This document shows positions 36,240 to 49,392 of a stretch of 64,000 nucleotides of DNA, in pieces. The notes below the pieces were generated by a model, which worked only from the letters and a program-made list of their open reading frames with translations, was not told where the DNA came from and did no database searches. Within the stretch, counting starts at the first letter, position 1; each line of letters begins with the position of its first letter. Source of the stretch: Felis catus (taxonomy: Eukaryota); NCBI RefSeq assembly GCF_018350175.1, contig NC_058368.1, positions 23,314,001 through 23,378,000 on the forward strand, in the 5' to 3' direction. The translations under genes were made by a program, and so were the position numbers.

Positions 36240-36445
36240 TAAAATAGCTAACACTTACTGATTGAGCACTTACTATGTGTTGAGTCTCTTGCTAATCACT
36301 TTACCTGCATTGCCACCTTTAATGTCCTCACTACTACTCAGCAGATGGTGAGCATGCCCATGTTACAGAGGGGAGGACTGAGACTTCAGGAGTTAAGTCC
36401 ATTGCCTGAGGCCACACACCCTGTGCAAATGGCAGAGTGGGGTCT
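36240..36445 (-). mobile_element. MIR, tail-to-tail with the previous copy
   Basis: ATAGCTAACAC..ATTGAGCACTTACTATGTG...ACAGAGGGGAGGACTGAGAC. Confidence 0.75.
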
Positions 36446-36654
36446 GTGCTTGTGAGGGAATATAAAGAAGGCAGCCTGTGGATGTGTGAGGAACCATCTT
36501 TATCTTCACTACTCGTATATTTGGAAGGGGAACAGGCGGGGACACAAGTGTTGGGTTCCAACTATTCAGAGGAGCATGAATAATTTTGTTCCTTTTACGT
36601 CTCCTCATTTGCCATTGCTTTCTGTTGGATGATAATGTCCCTTCTGTGCTCTCT

Positions 36655-36976
36655 AGTGATTCTCAGACATTAGAGCCCCCTGGGGAGCTCCTCTAATACT
36701 CCCAGGCTCACTACAGACCAATTATGTGGAAATTATGGGGGTGGGATCAGGCACCAGTACTTTTAAAATCTCCCCAGGTGCTGCAAATGAGCATCATTAC
36801 CCTAAAGTTTACCAATCTTAGAAGCCTCTTTGAACCACCTAGGAATTTTTAAAGCAATACCTAGGCCCTCCTATCCCTGAGACTAAGTCACTTGTTTCTG
36901 GATTGGGGCTCAGGCACTGTGTCATATGAAATATCCCCAGGTGATGTGAATATGCTCCCAGAGAGAAGAACCATTG
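36655..36976. mobile_element. Two adjacent MER5-family MITEs
   Basis: TCCCCAGGTG occurs twice. AGTGATTCTCA left end and AGAACCATTG right end. Confidence 0.6.
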
Positions 36977-37699
36977 TCTTAATTGAGAATTTGGGTAGCA
37001 ACCCAGGAGAAAATACATGTCATTTTTAGGAAAAAAAAAAAAACAGAGAGAGAGAGAAAGGTAAAATTGAATTCATACTTATATATCAGTGGTTTATATA
37101 TTTGCAATTTTTATCTTGATGTTACATTCTACATAATTCTTGTGGTAAAGCTCAATGAAGAATCCAACATATTGAGATTTGTTGGAATGAAAAAGATCAT
37201 AAATAATGACATTTCCATAAGATATATAAGGGGATTTTTGAGGGGCTATTGTAAGAGCTATTGGGGCATGTGCACAATGATAGAGAAACAAGAAAGCACT
37301 GAAGAAACAAGATCCCTCTCTTGTTCTGTGCTCATGGTCACATGCCATGTAGCTTTTATAACATTGATAGCAGCTGCCATTCCTGTCACATCGTCCTAAC
37401 CTAGCCTCTTTGAGTCTGTTGAAGAGTCTCTGTGGTCATCTTGGGGTTGGAGATACAATGACAGATTCCAGGCATGGTAGTGAGGGTGGAACAGAGCCCA
37501 TACTATAAGGTGAGAAGCAAGTTGGGGCCTGGGGCTGAGGTCATCTTCACTGGGGGAAGTGAGAGCCTCCTTCTGTCTTCCCATGACTGGTACCTAGCCT
37601 GACTGTCAGGTCAGTTATGAACTGGGCACTGAGCACTCAGTATTCACTCTCCCTCTCCTTTCACCCACCTAGAGTATCCTGTTGCCCAAATCCTGCCCT

Positions 37700-37880
37700 G
37701 GGAGGTGGCATGGTGTCAGTAGAGGTCAAGTCCTAAGCCCAGTATGCTTGCCATGTGACCTTGGGTAAACCCCTTCCTTTGCTGAACTTCAGTTCTCCCA
37801 TTTGTAAAATGGGCCAATAGCTTCTATTTCAAAGACTGTATTTAGGATTAGAAGAAAGGCATTTAAAGTGGCCCCTAGTA
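37700..37880 (+). mobile_element. MIR
   Basis: TGTGACCTTGGGTAA...CTTCAGTTCTCCCATTTGTAAAATGGG. Confidence 0.7.
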
Positions 37881-37885
37881 GGTGC

Positions 37886-38087
37886 TTTTTTTTTTAAATG
37901 TTTATTTCTGAGAAACAGAGCGAGAGCAGGGGAGGGGCAGAGAGAGAGGGAGACACAGAATCCAAAGCAGATTCCAGACTCTGAGCTGTCAGCACAGAGC
38001 CCGACCTGGGGCTTGAACTCACAGACCATGAGATCATGACCTGAGCTGAAGTCGGACGCTTAACCGACTAAGCCACCCATATGCCCC
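37886..38087 (-). mobile_element. SINEC_Fc
   Basis: SINE body. TAGTAGGTG at 37876-37884 and 38090-38098. Confidence 0.96.
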
Positions 38088-39123
38088 TGTAGTAGGTGTT
38101 TAGTAAGTTTTATTTGCTGGAGATGGGTGTTCAGGGAGAAAGGCTTTATGGGTCACACAGGTCTGAATGCTGGTAATTGTTGAAACCTGGCCAGTCGGGG
38201 GAGAAAAGTGTTAAGCTGGAAACTGGGCCCCACTATTGACTTGTACATCTCTCTGTCAAGTGGGCAAGTGGTTTTTGCTGTTTCTGTGGATATGTGGAAA
38301 GTCATCCATATTTCATTTCACATGAGGATGAATTAGGAACTTAGAGTCTCTGGAAGAAAAGTACCTATTACATTTAAGTCAAAACATCAGATCATTCAAT
38401 TTCAATCGCCAATATTGAAATACTGGCAAATAATGGAGAAAGTCATTGTTTTGTTTATTTTACTAATTGAATGTACTGGGGAAAGGACCAATGCACAGTA
38501 AAAAAAATCTCATTTGTAGGAATGTATTTCCTGGTATTTTCATTGGTTCTGTGAATCAGTTGAATAGGATTCAGATTATATTTAACCTTTGGATAGGAGG
38601 TATCCTGAAAATTAATTTGTAAATCAGAGATTTGGAAATTTGAAGGCATTTTCCCTCAGAAAACCTGTTTTGTGTATATAGTGCTAAGCCAGTGTGTATA
38701 TATCTTTGGAAGATGAGGTCGCTAAATTAATGATGCTAATTAATTCTGAAATTCTTGTGGAATAGGATTCATGGTGTCCAGAGTGGAGAAAGGAACTTAA
38801 CCTTTCTTTGGTACTGACCTGTGCCAGGCAAACTTCGGGAAGAGGCAGAGTAATTTACCATTAACATGCTGTTACTCCTTTTCTTACCCCTTGGCTGCCC
38901 TCTGGGTCTCCTGTCCTTAATGCCCAGACCTTAATATCCTAAATTCTGCCCAGAGGCCACCACCATGGTATCTATCTCACCAGGACCCTTGCTATAGACC
39001 ACTCCTTCTACCTCCCTCTGCCCATCCAATGGAAACATGGCTGCTGAGGGAAACAGGAAGATTCAATTAATTCATACTCTCCTGTGAATGACTCATATCC
39101 TGGAATGTTAATGGAGCTGGGTA

Positions 39124-40213
39124 TTTTTTTAATATTTTATTTATTTTTTAATTTACATCCAAGTTAGTAAGCATATGGTGCAACAATGATTTCAGGAGTA
39201 GATTCCGGTGATTCATCCCCTAAGTATAACACCCAGTGCTCATCCCAGCTAGTGTCTTCCTTAATGCCCCTTACCCATTTAGCCCATCCCCCCTCCCACA
39301 ACCCCTCCAGCAATGCTCTGTTCTCTATATTTACGAGTCTCTTATGTTTTATCCCCCTCTTTGTTTATATATTATTTTTGCTTTCCTCCCCTTATGTTCA
39401 TCTGTTTTGTATCTTAAATTCCTCATATGAGTGAAGTCATATGATATTTGTCTTTCTCTGACTAATTTCACTTAGCCAAAAACCCTCTAGTTCCATCCAC
39501 ACAATTGCAAATGGCAAGATTTTATTCTTTTTGATTGCCAAGTAATACTCCAGTGTGTGTGTGTGCGCGCGCGCACCACATCTTCTTTATCCATTCATCT
39601 GTCAATGTACATTTGGGCTCTTTCCATACTTTGGCTAGTGTTGATAGCGTTGCTATAAACATTGGGGTGCATGTGCCCCTTTGAAACAGCATATCTGTAT
39701 CTCTTGGATAAATACCTAGTAGTGAAATTGCTGGGTCACAGGGTAGTTATATTTTTAATTTTTTGAGGAACCTCCCTACTGTTTTCCAGAGTGGCTGCAC
39801 CAGTTTACATTCCTACCAGCAGTTTAAAAGAGATCCTCTTTCTCTGCATCCTCACCAACATCTGTTGTTGCCTGAGTTGTTAATGTTAGCCATTCTGACT
39901 GGTATCTCATTGTGGTTTTAATTTGTATTTCCCTGATGATGAGTGATGTTGAACATTTTTTCATGTGTCTGTTAGCCATCTGGATGTTGTCTTTGGAGAA
40001 GTGTCTATTCATATCTTTTGCCCATTCCTTCACTGGATTCTTTGTTTTTTGGGTGTTGAGTCTGATAAGTTCTTTATAGATTTTAGATCTAACCCTTTAT
40101 CTGATATGTCATTTGCAAATATCTTCTCCCATTCCATCAATTGCCTTTTAGTTTTGCTGATTGTTTCCTTGCTGTGCAGAGATTTTTACTTTGATGAGGT
40201 CCCAATAGTTCAT
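39124..40213 (-). mobile_element. 5'-truncated carnivore/felid L1 (about 1.1 kb: ORF2 C-terminus and 3'UTR)
   Basis: ORF 39824..40033(-) [41 protein letters not shown] is the L1 ORF2p C-terminal domain. T-tail at the left end. TGGAGCT on both flanks. Confidence 0.97.
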
Positions 40214-40505
40214 TGGAGCTATTTCATTTAAAAAGAGATTTTTTTTTTCTCTCCCTCCCCTTCCTTCTTCACTATTATTTTTCCCAGTGAGGGTGGGGTG
40301 GGGTGGGGAAACATTTAGGCCATTTGATAAAGTGAAGTGAAAAAATTCAGACAATTTGGAGGGAAAATTTTGTGGGGTAGTAGGCACAAGAGAGATAGTA
40401 TATCCTTTAGAGTTTTCCTGATTTCAGTTCATTTTAGCTTTGCACCCCGTGCAAACTATATCCCTTGGTGTTTAGAGGTGTTGCCAATACGAGAGTAACC
40501 CCGGT

Positions 40506-40680
40506 TAGAGTTGACTATGCAACTTGTAGGGGGCCAATGCAAAGTGAAAATTCAGAACCTTTAAAAAAAAATAGAATTTCAAGATGGTGACCACAGAGCC
40601 TCAAGTCACATATGGGCTCTTCTAAACTGGGGTCTGTGTGACCGCACAGCACAGGTCACTTGTCTGTGAAGTTGGCTCTG
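40506..40680 (-). mobile_element. MER45A (hAT-Tip100) MITE, full length
   Basis: GGGCCAATGCAAAGTGAAAAT...AGAATTTCAAGATGG...GCACAGGTCAC...TGAAGTTGGCTCTG. 8-bp flanks ACCCCGGT / CCCCTGGT. Confidence 0.85.
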
Positions 40681-41749
40681 CCCCTGGTTAAAGTGGATAC
40701 CGTGTGTTGGCTTCATTTTCTCTCAGAACCCTTAATGTGCTTTGTGTCTGAATCTCCAAGAATATAGCAAGATTTCCTTAATTTTTAGTCTATTGAAATT
40801 TGGACACATTTTGGAGGTCAGGGACTGCAGTGATTCCTTGGGATGCTCAAACTTGTTGTTGCTTCACTTAAGGCTCTCATCTGTGTGTCTTGTAGACCCT
40901 AATGTTTAATACAAAGCTCCAATATCAATAGGAGGGTGGAGGGTGGAAGGAGGTTCCCTCAGGTAAGGGTGGAGAGAAGGCCCAGCTCTGGGTTGACCCT
41001 CTTGCCCACTGAGGCCATTTTGGGGTTTGAGTCACTGATGACTTGGGTGTATATCAGAGTCTACCTATACTACTCACTTTTTGCAGTTGAGTCGTGGCTT
41101 TGGCTGAGGCTGGGCAAGGGTGTACTTCAGATCTGCTCTATTCACTCTGTCCTCTGCAGCTTCTTGATGGATATTTAGGACAGTAGTAAGATAAAGTGAG
41201 CTGAGTAACTGCTTGATCTGTCTCCCTGCTGCTGTGGCAGCCAGCTGTGTGGAGGGGGGGGTCTTGATTAAAAGTGAGAGGTAAGGAGCAGGAGTGCTTC
41301 CCTTGATGGTATTTTGATATGTGTGTATAGAAGCATCTTTTGAAAATATCCAGGGTAAGAGGATTCATGGGGAAAGTGGAAAACATTATAAGATAAGGTG
41401 TCTTACTTCTGTTCCTGTGTGTCATTAGCAATCCTTCAATTTTATTTTTGGTTTTAAAGTAGGGTCGTCTAGCATGGTAATAGTTCTCATTTTCGGGCAT
41501 TATTATATTCACTCCACAAAGAAAGGAAACACGCCCCGAATCCCAATGTATGCTCTTGGTCCTTTTGGAGGAATCTGTTTACAAAAGATGAATATGTAAT
41601 AGAGTCTGTAATATGCTTTCTCAGTTGTATTTCCCGGAGAGACCTGCTTTGCCTCAAAATTCAGTTTATTTATTTTCTAGGGAAGACACTGTCTTCTTTA
41701 CAAAAATATAAGAATTTTAACTGTATAAATATGTTTTTCTTATTAAAAA

Positions 41750-41915
41750 TTTTTTTTAAAGATTATTTATTTATTTTGAGAGAGAGAATCCCAAGCAGGT
41801 TCTGCACTGTCAGCATGTATCCTGTGGCGGGGCTCGAACTCATGAACTGTGAGTTCATGCCCTGAGCTGAAATCAAGAGTTGGATGCTTAACCTACTGAG
41901 CCACCTAGACATACC
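41750..41915 (-). mobile_element. SINEC, shortened
   Basis: GAATCCCAAGCAGG...CTGAGCTGAAATCAAGAGTTGGATGCTTAACC. Confidence 0.93.
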
Positions 41916-42005
41916 TCATCCTTTTTATTTTTAAGGCCTTCAGGACCCTGTGTGGATGAAAGAATAGGAAAGGCAAGGTTGCCGTGGAGTCCCAAGCTGT
42001 CCCCA

Positions 42006-42036
42006 TGCACCTTCCCTTCTCTGCACCTTCCCTTCT
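42006..42036. repeat. 16-bp-period tandem duplication
   Basis: TGCACCTTCCCTTCT at 42006-42020 and 42022-42036. Confidence 0.9.
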
Positions 42037-43419
42037 AGATCTGCAGCATTAGTAGAAATGAAGGACCCTCTCAGCTCAGATCTGGGAGGCACATTCCTGG
42101 ACTAGGGCTTGTGATTACTCACAAGATGCCTCTTGTGAGAGGCTGTTCCCATGTGTGGGAGGTGGGGGTTGGGCTTGAGTTTGCTGTTCTCCGAATGGAC
42201 TTGAGTTGGGGTGGGCTGAAGGAAGGAAAGGGTGAGAGTGACTACGAGAGAGCAGATACTGATGTAAATGTCCTGTTTTTTGTTTTTGTTTTTGTTTTTT
42301 CTCTTTCCTCTGAGAAACTAATGAAAGCCCTCTCTAGTATGTAGGGTCAGGGAATGGTTTCTGTTTTGGGCTAGAATTTACCTGAATTCCCCAGGTTCTC
42401 TTCGACACGCCACACGCTTCTTTTCTCAAGGCCATCTGCATGGGACATGACTTTCCAGAGTCAGGCACACGTGTAGCTTTGCCTTTGCAGAGGCACGTGC
42501 TTTGGGTTTTCCTTAAGTATCTTGTATAGCACATACATTGCTACAGATGATTTTTGTTCATTCGTTTGATTTTTCTGTCTGAAACATATGAAAAAGAAGG
42601 CTGGCTCCTTGCTTTATTTTTCATCTATTTCCCTGGAACAGTTTCTTGTTTGTTTGATACTGCAGCTTTGCTTTCCAAGCCTAAATCTCTGCTCTTGACT
42701 CTGTTGTCTGTCAGATTGCAAAGGGAATGTGTTGGTAGACTTCTTTTGGCCATGGAGAGCCCCTTCTGATTGGCATTGGAGCTGAAAAGAGTCCCTCCCT
42801 GGGTACAACTATGGAAGCCACTTTGTGTCACCCAGTAGGCAGTTTGGTGGGGGGTTAAACCGCTGTGTTGAAACATGTAGTACAGGAGACACTTAAAAAG
42901 CCTTGAGCAAAAGCAGTTCTGAGCTAGTAGGAGGCAGTACCGTTGTATTTGGTCACATGGGGGCTCTGGCTCCCTCATTGTCCGGTGACTTCAAATACTG
43001 ATCTAAGTGGAATTGAGTGAAAGACTATGGCCCAGAAGCAAGGTATCTTTGTTTATTTTTTGCATAACTTAGAAGGCTTCAGGCACGTGGCTACCTATCT
43101 AGCTTTTCCTTTTGAAGTGCCATCTCTGCCCCCTCCCCTTCCCCACCCCTCAGTCCTTATTCCAGCCACTCTGAACTAACTCCTTCCAGCTTCCTGTCTG
43201 ATGTGTCTCTGACCACAAGGTTCTCTCTGTGTGGAACTCACACTGCCAACCTGACTGGGGAACCCCTGGTCATCTAGCAAGACCCTGTTCAAGAGCTTAA
43301 ATGTCTTTCCTGACCTTCCCCCTGCAAGCTGGACCCGTGCTATAGCAGGTACTGACTACCAATACCTGATACCAGAAATGCTTCATTTCAATTGTTTACA
43401 GTTTATTTCCATAGACCCA

Positions 43420-43680
43420 AGAGTAGCGTAATGGTTAAGAGCACAGCCCCTGAAGCCAGACGGCCTGGTTTGAAATCTCAGAACTGCCACCTAATTCTGT
43501 GTAACATTGGACAAGTTCCTTAACCTCTCAGTGCCTCAGTTCCCTTATCTTTAAAATGGGGATGATAACAATAGCACCCTTACCTCAGAGTTGTGGGAAG
43601 GATTAAATGAGTTGATATAAGTAAAACACCTACCATGGTGCTTGGCTAAGGGTATGTGCTAAGTTGTTTGCAGTTATGAC
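43420..43680 (+). mobile_element. Near full-length MIR
   Basis: TAGCGTAATGGTTAAGAGCAC...CCTCTCAGTGCCTCAGTTCCCTTATCTTTAAAATGGGGATGATAA...AGGATTAAATGAGTT. Confidence 0.9.
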
Positions 43681-44959
43681 GACTAATCTGGAAGTCCTTT
43701 GTGGGCAATGACACCAACTCATCTGGTTTGGGCACACCATCATAGAAGCGTGAGGAGGTAGACGAGAGGAGAAACATTCACATTCACCCCCTGTGAGCAA
43801 AACTGACCATAAGTACTCAGACACAGTCTGTGCAGGCTGTCCCAGGTAGGACCTCTGGCTGAAAGGTCAACCTTACCACTTCCTTCTACCACTTCCCATC
43901 TCTTTAGTGAGTGGGACTTTTCCATGTCCACTGAATAGTGCGGCCAGGGCAACTTGTCAGTTCAGATAAGTTCATTTATTCCCTTAAAAGTGTTATGCCT
44001 ATTGGATTGCACAGGTGTGGCCTGGGCTCATGTGGCTTTGTCTTTATATCACAGTGTTGCCCTGATTAAGTTCTGAATACTTTCCTGTACCATCAAGAAA
44101 AATCTCCATCTAGCATGGGAAGGGCAGGAACAGAGGAGATCGATTCTGGAGGGTCCTGGTATATTGTTATTATTATTACTCCTTTTCCCTGTGAGCTAGA
44201 AAGAGGGTTACTGTTTTCTCAAACAAAAGGAACATTGGATCACAAGGATCCATTAATTATGCCCTATCTGTTAGTTTTCATTCTGTATTCCCAATTTTAT
44301 TCCATGATGCCATTTACCTGAGTTCATTTTTTATCTCACTCTTATCCTTTTGGCCTGATACGCTCAGACTTTGACAAATCTGGCACGTCCTCTATCTCTG
44401 TAGTTGCTGTCTTATTTCAGGCCTCATTATTTCTTGATCAGACTCCTCTCTAGGCCCACAACCAGTTTCCTGTCCATCCCCACTGCTGCCAGAATGGCAT
44501 TTTGATAACAAATCTTGGATTACGTGACATGATAAGGTGGTCGTAAAAATGGGTACTTTGCCTTGACATTTAAAAAAGGGTATTGTGTCTTATATCCCCT
44601 ATTATTTGAAGTGATTAAAATGTTCTTAATATAACGATATTCTGGGGTGCAGGTAAAATGTTGACAAACCAAGTATTGTTGAGGATCCTGAGCTGGGCCA
44701 TCATACAAAAGGTCCGGGGGTGGTGGAACACATGAAAATGGAATGTACCAGGGGGTATGGCTGATACACTTGATGAGGAAGACAAACATTCCAAAAGTAA
44801 TAAGTCAGCTACAGACGCATCTATTTGAGACTGTTGTCAATGTCCATACTTGGCCTGAAGGAGGAACTGACCCACTGGAAACGTTTTATTTCTCTAACAA
44901 AAGGAAGGAATGCTTAGGTGGGACAAGAAAGGGAGAGTTTTTATTATTTTAAGGGGGGA

Positions 44960-45790
44960 AGTTCATACTGGAGAGATAAATGTGAGAGTTGGTAGCTTAT
45001 AGAAAGTATTTTTTACTTATTAAAATTTTTCTTAGTGTTTATTTTTGAGAGAGAGAGAGACAGAGATGGAGTATGGGGGGTGGGCAGAGAGCCATATGGA
45101 GATAGAGAATCTGAAGCAGTCTCCATCCAGGCTCTGAGCTGTCAGCACAGAGCCGTACATGGGGCTAGAACCCATGAACCGCAAGATCATGACCTGAGCC
45201 GAGGTCAGACACTTAACTGACTAAGCCATCCAGGTGCCTCTATAGATGGTATTTAAGGCCATGGGTGAATTCACTGAAGGATGCGACAAATGTGGGAGAA
45301 TGGAGGCCCGCCACTGAGTCTGAGCCCTCAGTGAGGCTGGGAGCCCCTGGGACTGAGGAGCAGGGCTGGTGGAGGAGAACCAGAGGGCACAGGGTCCTGA
45401 AATGAAGGGCATACAGAGTTGCAAGGAAAAGAACCATCAGGATCAAGCACCGCGGAAGGGTCAGGAAAGACGAGAACTGACAGATGTACATAGGCTTTGG
45501 CCATGGGAAGGTCAGTTTGACCAGAGCTGCGAGGGGCAGGCCCAAAGGGCAGTATGGTCAACACAGGATGGGAGAAGGGGCTTGGAGACAGTGATGTAAA
45601 GGACTCTTGCAAGGAGTTCTGCTTTAAGAGCGGGGAAGTTGGGAGGCAACTGGAAGAAGTGGGGTCAAGAGAATTGTCTTTGCAGGCAGGGGAAGTGTGA
45701 TTGGGGAATAGGAACATTAATGAAAATGTCCCTAAGCCTGGAGACATTTCTGTGCACTGATGGAAGACTTAATGCAGTTTAATGGCTGCA
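44960..45790 (-). mobile_element. L2a internal fragment, interrupted by a SINE
   Basis: CTGGAGAGATAAAT...TAGATGGTATTTAAGGCCATGGG...GGAGGAGAACCAG...AGGAGTTCTGCTTTAA. Confidence 0.75.
45012..45240 (-). mobile_element. SINEC
   Basis: SINE body. Imperfect TSD TATAGAAAGTATTT / TATAGATGGTATTT. Confidence 0.93.
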
Positions 45791-46059
45791 GCTGAGGACA
45801 AGCAGAGGCAAATCTGGTCTTCCCCGGGTAGGGGTGAGGCAGGCCGTTGCAAGCGCTGTGTGCAGAGCGCACAATGGATTCTGTGTCCTGGTGGCCCCTG
45901 CTCCACCTTGGCCCTTCCACCCCTGAGGCTTGTCCTTGACAGCGGTGCTAGGGACCCACGGGGAGGGGGTTTAATCATTTTCCCTGAGGCTGGTCACAGC
46001 AGATTATGGAAACAAGATAACAATATATACTGGATGCTTTAAGGAAATTATTACGGACT

Positions 46060-46270
46060 GTAGTAATAGTTCCTACTGACTGAGGCACTATACTGGGTTT
46101 TTAATATCCATTAGTTGTCTTCCTTACAACAGCTCTTAAAGGCAGGTACTTTTCATTTCACAGATGAGGAACCTAATGTGCAGACAGACGTAGGGATGTC
46201 CCTGGTCGCTCAGCAGGGCTGCTGTTCAAACGTGGCCTGTTTGACTCCAAGGTTTACGCTATGCAATCCT
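46060..46270 (-). mobile_element. MIR
   Basis: TCCTTACAACAGC...CATTTCACAGATGAGGAACC...TGTTTGACTCCAA. Confidence 0.7.
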
Positions 46271-46906
46271 GCGTCTCTATTGATTCTGGTGACCAGGAAT
46301 TTACTTAACCTTTCTTAGATTCTGTTTTTATATTCAGCTTTTAATTCTTGAGGTAGGATGTGGAGGAAGATTCCTAGAATTGTATAAATGGTATAAGTTG
46401 TATATAATAGTGAATTGCTCTTTTTATCTTCAGCTTATTTCTCTCAGATGTTAGGAGCTACCCTTCAAAGCTGATATTCTGAAATGAGAAGAGGAGAGGC
46501 AGATATTCCATGTATGCTATTTATTCATAGTATATTCCTAGCCTATCACTTCTGCCTTTCCCCTCCTCCCTGAAAAATCCCAACTTTTCATCTACCCTCA
46601 GGTGGCAAGCCTCATGCTCCCTCGGTCCTCCTGTCTGACGTTCTCTGGACTCCCTTCACACCATGATGCCATTCTTAAACAGGACTGCACACAGAGTTCC
46701 TATTGTGAATGCATTACGGCTTTGGATAAGGCAGGCAGAAATTTCTCTTTAGTTTCCATTATGATTTCAGAGAACTTCTATTATAAAGATAAGGCCAAAG
46801 GCCTCAGCAGTCCGTTGGACTGATGTCTTTAGACTCGAGTTTACAGCAACCTTCAGATTCGTTTTGAGAGCTATGAGTTTGGAACCCATTCTTTATGATT
46901 CACACC

Positions 46907-47640
46907 AGCATTTCCCAAGCCGTTTTTATGGAACAGTGTTCGGGGTAGATGTGGCAAGAATGCCATATGAAGGTGGACTCAATGTCCATGAGTCTAGGAA
47001 CTGCCGTGTATGTCCTTCCTCTCTTGAAGATTGAAAATGTGTATTAATAGCTAAGATGTCACCTAGAATGTCACAGTTTGAGTTTTCCTAGAAGTGGATC
47101 CTGCAATAAGGATTCAAGGACAAGTCATTTATTTGGGAGATCTGGGGAACATCAGGGAAGAAGTGGGGAGGCAGTTACGAGAATGGTAAGGAAGCCAGAA
47201 AAGGGTGTGTAATCAGGCCAGCCGTTGCTGTGGGTGGCCAGAGATTACGCCCAAGGGGAAAGTCTGGGAGACAGCATGAAGTGCAAGTGCAGGCCTCAGA
47301 ATTGTGCCATCTGAAGATTAAAGGATCTGGGATATTGGTACATCATCTTCTGTCAGTCATCGTTGAGGGCTGCTCCCAAATTCTTACACTTCCAGTCTGT
47401 CACTGGCAAAGCAGTTTCTCAGGCTTTGGAGAAATCCCACAGGCAAAGAGATGCAGTGGCCATTGGAAATGAGTTGGAGGAACATAGGGGGAATAGAGAA
47501 CGTGGACATTGCCTGCTCTGCAGAAAAAAACCCTGTTCGATTTAGTTTAGCCTAGTGTTTTCAGAATCCTCATTGAGCGGAAAGCACTTGCCCCTTGGCA
47601 CGCTCACACATGTGCCGTGGGGCTCCAGTTTGGGAAATGT
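46907..47640. mobile_element. hAT-Charlie-type MITE split by an LTR
   Basis: Inverted ends CAGCATTTCCCAA / TTTGGGAAATGT enclose the LTR at 47069-47522. Confidence 0.55.
47069..47522 (-). mobile_element. ERVL solo LTR (LTR16/LTR33-like)
   Basis: TGTC...CCTAGAAGTGGATCCTG..AAGGATTCAAGGACAAGTCATTTATTTGGGAG...TCAGTCATCG. TG...CA termini. Confidence 0.75.
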
Positions 47641-47869
47641 AGGGGTAATAGGGTCACAAATGTAATGCGGTATATGAGAAACCTAAAAGAAAGAAAAGCG
47701 GCTCTCCTAGAACCCCTGGGTCCTCTGGCCGGCTCACTTAGGGCATTCCGGATCTGTCGCATGTGTCACAAAGATTATGAGAAGCCAGACACATTGCCTC
47801 AGGGTCAAACATGGCCACCATAGCTCTGTTGCTCCCAGACCAGATGGGTGGGATCACAGGCAGGGCACC

Positions 47870-48050
47870 CTGGAGCTGGGCTGTCCCTAGGCTGTAGCCA
47901 ACAGTCTCATATGACAAGTGAGCACTTGAAATGTGGCTGGTATAACTGAGGAACTGAGTTTTACAATTTGATTTCATTTTAATTATTTAAAATTTGAATC
48001 AAACGCATATACGTGGTTAGTGGCTACCTCATTGGACAGTTCAATCCCAG
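47870..48050. mobile_element. MER3 hAT-Charlie MITE
   Basis: GAGCACTTGAAATGTGGCTGGT..AACTGAGGAACTGA...GTGGTTAGTGGCTACC..ATTGGACAG. Confidence 0.85.
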
Positions 48051-48229
48051 AGGCCTATGCTACCTCTCAGGATACACAGGAGAGGAGTGCCCCACCCCTG
48101 CACCTATGCCCTCTGGCTCTCTCTACCATCTGAGGACGGTTCACTATTCTTTGCCAACTCTGAGGTCCATCTCAAGGGGTTTCCTATACTTCCTAGCTCT
48201 GGTCTTCTCCCTGCTTCTCCAGCACCCAG

Positions 48230-49080
48230 TTCTTAGAGCACAGCAGTCACCAATTTCCTCAGCCCCTCCAGACCGTTACATAGCTGAGTGCTGCCATCAA
48301 GGCACCATTCAGGGAGTGGTTTCCCCACACACCCTCATATGGCTTTGGAGTGAGGTCCAGAATGAGGCACCTCTTTGTGGACAGATTTCTCTGGAACCCC
48401 CAGGGGGTGTATTTCTAGCAAGTTCCACTCCTGCAGCACCTGATCAGCTTCTCCATCATCAAGTGAGACCTCTCCAGGAGGTCTGGATCTTAACCCTGGG
48501 TTGAAGGAGAAGATTTCTTCCTTGGGTGCTCTCTTTCAGCTTTGGAATAGCAGCTGAGCCTCCCATAATTTCTGTATTCTTTAGAGTTCTCTCTACTTCT
48601 CACTAGTTTCTGTTGACTGAATGTTTGTGTCCTCCCAAATTTATAACCTGATCTCCAGTGTGATGGTGTTAGGAGGTGTGGCCTTTGGGAGGAAATTAGA
48701 TCATGAGAGTGGGAGCCTTCATGAATGGGATTAGTGCCCTTATAAGAAGAGACAGGAGAGAGCTTGCTTCACCTCTCTGCTCTCTGCCACATGAGGACAC
48801 AATGAGAACACGCCATCTGCAAACTAGGAAGCAAGTCCTTACTAAGAACCAAATTGGCCAGCACCCGACCTTAGACTTTCAGCCTCCAGGACTGTGAGAA
48901 ATAAATTCTTATTAAGCCACCCAGAATATGGTAATTTGTCATGGCAGCCCAAGCTGGCTGAGACACCAGCCAATCCATTATGGCAATCCCTGTCATAATT
49001 AATAATCCTTCATAATCAACTTTTCCTGATCAAATTACTAAGTAGTTGCTGTGTCCTAATTGGACGCTGATGGACCTACT
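48230..49080 (+). mobile_element. Ancient ERVL LTR (LTR40/LTR52-like) interrupted by MLT1A
   Basis: 3' end TTTTCCTGATCAAATTACT...TGTCCTAATTGGACGCTGA resembles an ERVL LTR terminus. Confidence 0.55.
48608..48965 (+). mobile_element. MLT1A-like MaLR solo LTR
   Basis: GACTGAATGTTTGTGTCCTCCCAAA...ATGAATGGGATTAGTGCCCTTATAAGAAGAGAC...CAGCCTCCAGGACTGTGAGAAATAAAT...GAGACA. Confidence 0.92.
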
Positions 49081-49392
49081 ACAACATTCTATTTGGGAAA
49101 GGATACCATTGATAAAACTGTCATTAACAGAGCATTGTATCACAAGAGATAATTTATTGAAGTTACACACTTGGAGAGGATGAAAATACAAGCCATACTT
49201 CCAAAATCTCTGTATCTGACCAGATCTTGTGATGAGAATTTTTGCCTATTACCAATTCTCTAATTGGAGAATAGAGAGAGTCCACTGCTCATTGCTCCCA
49301 ATGGGACATGAAAAGTTGTAATTGGAAGATATCACTGCCAGTTATTCAAGCATGGAAGAGCATAGCCCCTGGAAGAGGGAGGAGGTTACCTT

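Noticed and set aside
48013..48504. Longest ORF (163 aa, +)
   Set aside because: It starts at a GTG inside MER3, runs into an old LTR and has no recognisable domain.
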